DNA of 64,000 nucleotides from Octopus sinensis (lineage: Eukaryota), in assembly GCF_006345805.1 (NCBI RefSeq), contig NC_043005.1, positions 83,452,001 to 83,516,000 of the forward strand, given 5' to 3'. The notes below the pieces were generated by a model that was given only the letters and a program-made list of their open reading frames with translations, was not told the origin of the DNA and searched no databases. The position numbers were made by a program, and so were the translations under genes. Position 1 is the first letter of the stretch; each line of letters begins with the position of its first letter. Positions 61,240-64,000 of this stretch are shown piece by piece.

Positions 61240-62620
61240 GTGACGAGAAAGAAATTTTGAGAAATTAAAAAAAAACTGCTGGACTAACAGGGATAATTGT
61301 CAACCCACTCAAAACATCGAACAAAACAGATCATATGTTAGTCAAGTGTATTGTCAACCAGGAAGTTGTCCCACTTAATGACAAGCGTAGATGATTTAAG
61401 CATAATAGTTTCATCAACTATAAGGGATAAAGGAGGATGTTCAAGAAATAAGCCAACAACAGAGCCATTAGATGGACCAGTTTATGGAGGTTACTGAAAG
61501 CGCTAGAACACAATTGATTAAGAAGAGAATTAGCCTAGTTGAGATGTGGTTCAGGTTAATGCCAATGATGCCATTAGTGAGACAACTTACAAGAAAAGTA
61601 CAAAGCCATTCCACCTAGCTATTGTCAGGGAACTATACTCTGTAGCCTGGAAAACTAGGGATAGATGAATGGCCTGTGAGAGCCTTGCAAACCATGTAAA
61701 TAGATGTTACCAGCAAGGTGAAAGTTAATGAGCTAAGAGCAGAATTTAGCATGAAGTATGGGTGCAGCAGAGATAAAGAAGGCTCAAAGGCAAGTTAACA
61801 GGAAACATAAACTTCACATTGGAGTAGTTAACAAGAAGGGTGTAGAAGAAATAAATTTCTTCAGATGTTTTAAAGACTTCCTAGAAGTTGTTGATGGCCT
61901 TTGAGTGTTCTGAAAGCATAATTGCCAGAGTTAAAACAGGAATGAAAACTTTCAAAGAATTATTTATTCCTGCTAGCAAACAAAAGATTTCTCTCTCTGA
62001 GTCAAGAGTATATTATACAAGGCTTGTTTACTAAGTACACGGTTGCATGGTAGTGAGGTATGAGCCTTGAAAGTTGGAGATTTGAAGAGGGTAGGGAGAA
62101 AAAATGAAGTGGGCACATGCTGTTGAATGTGTAATATTCTGATCATTTTTCAATCTGGAGTGAGGGGTCTTGTCTTGTGAGTTACTTGGCAACTTCATTA
62201 ATGCCAGTGCCATGAAAAAAGCACCCACAACTCGGTAAAATGGATGGTGTTAGGAAAGACAACCAGCAATAGAAAGATGTTGGAGCTCAACATAGTCCTC
62301 TGCATGACCAACAAAGCAGAAATGTGTTTAGAGAAAAAAAATTGGAAATAAGAGGAATCAGATGAAGTGTACAAAATAGATTATGCTAATACAGGTAAGA
62401 GATGTGTATGAAGGGTACCAGTTGTTTAAAAAAAATGCCAAACATTCCAAGCGGATGGCCCTTGAGGAAGAAAGAGAGTAAGGAAGAGATGGGACGAAGT
62501 GAGGAAGATTGATCTCAAAACGTTGAACCTAACAGAGGAGGAGATAAACATGACCAGTGATGAAGCTCTGTCACTGAGTGGACTCATTGAATTTAGCAAA
62601 TGGATGAAGAATGATGATGG
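61240..62620 (+). mobile_element. Highly decayed RTE LINE ORF2 remnant
   Basis: Recognisable patches: ERISLVEM.FR (QFG region), [54 protein letters not shown]. Confidence 0.65.
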
Positions 62621-62690
62621 TGTTATTCTATTAGACATTTCAGCCCAAAGCTTTGGTCAGCTGAGGTAAGGTCAGTAAAAAGTTGCCAAC

Positions 62691-62770
62691 AGGCAGCTAC
62701 AGAGAATCAAACCCCCAGACCTCTCAGATATCAGCTGAGTGCTCTGTACCATTAAGCTAAGTGGGCTCCC
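62691..62770 (-). pseudogene. tRNA-like SINE head / tRNA pseudogene with a GAT anticodon arm
   Basis: TTAGCTTAATGGTACAGAGCA CTCAG-CTGATAT-CTGAG AGGTCT GGGGGTTTGATTCTCT; perfect anticodon stem, broken acceptor stem and box B. Confidence 0.5.
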
Positions 62771-63395
62771 TAAGATCATGAAAGTGATGGAGACAGGGAT
62801 GTACAAGACACATGCTGAGGTATTTCCCAACCAACATGTTCAAGTACTCTGCAATGTCTACATGCAATACAAATATAATTTATGCTCACTTGATAATTCC
62901 ATATACTCCTCTCTCTCCAATCTATCACCCACTCCCTTTCTTATCAATGTACCTCCCTATTACTACTGTTTCCCTTCCATCACACTGCCTGCATAAAGAG
63001 GGATGATATTACAATCTGATCTACGGCTATTCAGCTATTCGATTCCCCTCTTGCCCTCACCATTTTATTTCAAGCCATCACTCCCCCCTCCCACTACTCC
63101 CTTCCCTATCATTTACTACTGACATCCATTGGTCTCTCTCCCCTCCATTACTCCTCACTTTCAGTACTGAGGTATTCTGTCCAACCCAGTTATGTCTCCT
63201 TATACTCAGATCAACTCTGCTTTTCTTCCTTTAGGAAATCTCAAAAATAATTACCAGATAAAATATTGAGATTGATATTAATCAGATAAAGCTCTTAAAG
63301 GTGGTGTCCCAACATGGCTGCAGTCTAAAACCAGTAATCAACCAGAATATAAGAAAAAGAAAAACACAAAACACTAAAATGAAAGCTTCACTCAC

Positions 63396-63513
63396 CTTTA
63401 TAACTAGTACATCACCTTATATAACATTGTATTACTGTTTAGACCAGTTCTCTTCTTCGGATGGCGAAGCGGAAAATAACTCCAAGTTATCAAAACCAAA
63501 GCAGCTAAAACAT
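63396..63513 (-). other. Candidate non-coding 5'UTR exon of GOLGA1
   Basis: Strong acceptor tattttttatcttccag and consensus donor AAG/gtgagt bracket 118 nt on the gene strand, upstream of the ATG exon. Confidence 0.4.
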
Positions 63514-64000
63514 CTGGAAGATAAAAAATATTTACAAGATTATTTAATCAGTGACAGATGATGGGATTTGAAGCAGGACATAGTCGAATGATGAGTATTA
63601 TACAATAGAGATCCTACCAAACATTACAAAATAAAGACCTCTCTGACTATTACACGATTCAGGTTATGGATAATAGTATACAATAGACAACATGCTAAAC
63701 ATTATGCAACAGAGGGTTTGGTTAATTAACCTGTGCATACAACAGATAATGTTGGTCCACAAATATTTGCTCACAAGGACAGCCTGAGGCTATAGAAGCC
63801 GGCTACTCATGTTGTTGCGTGGTGTTTGAACCTAGGACCATGGGTCTGTGAAGCAAACTTCTTGAATGCACAGCCAGAGATTTCTTCATAGTGTATCTAA
63901 TACTGTAGTGGTGATGTCAAAACTGAGTAGTGTTTATTTGTGAGTTTTCATAATACCTTTTTAAATAGAAACCATATTCTGAACAGTAACTTATTTACAG

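Noticed and set aside
62691-62770. Functional tRNA-Ile gene
   Set aside because: Acceptor stem does not pair and box B is mutated (GGTTTGATT).
63301-63561. Plus-strand ORF/exon (DQFSSSDGEAENNSK...)
   Set aside because: Begins in a SINE tail and has no homology; the minus-strand splice signals over the same bases are stronger.

Overview
AT-rich, repeat-dense animal genomic DNA. The SINE/LINE/MITE families resemble those of Octopus (inference from repeat recognition, no search run). About 50 kb is occupied by one minus-strand, multi-exon gene for the GRIP-domain trans-Golgi coiled-coil protein golgin-97 (GOLGA1). I assembled 20 coding exons by hand from 59690 ([15 protein letters not shown]) to 9861 (TAG). 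All have GT-AG boundaries and consistent phases, total 2499 nt (832 aa), and end in a canonical GRIP domain ([13 protein letters not shown]...LEYKMSWFG). Introns and flanks contain a Gypsy gag-protease remnant, two mariner transposons, RTE and CR1/L2 LINE fragments, many RTE 3' tails, tRNA-derived SINEs, a non-autonomous Helitron and several TTAA (piggyBac-type) MITEs. The most notable unexplained structure is a minimal dimer-type hammerhead ribozyme motif in an inverted Penelope-like repeat (1929-1974). Others are a loop-less 254-bp palindrome, several intronic dsRNA-forming inverted repeats, and candidate in-frame microexons, alternative splice sites and a uORF-bearing 5'UTR exon of GOLGA1. 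Most ORFs in the supplied track are repeat-derived or antisense artefacts.
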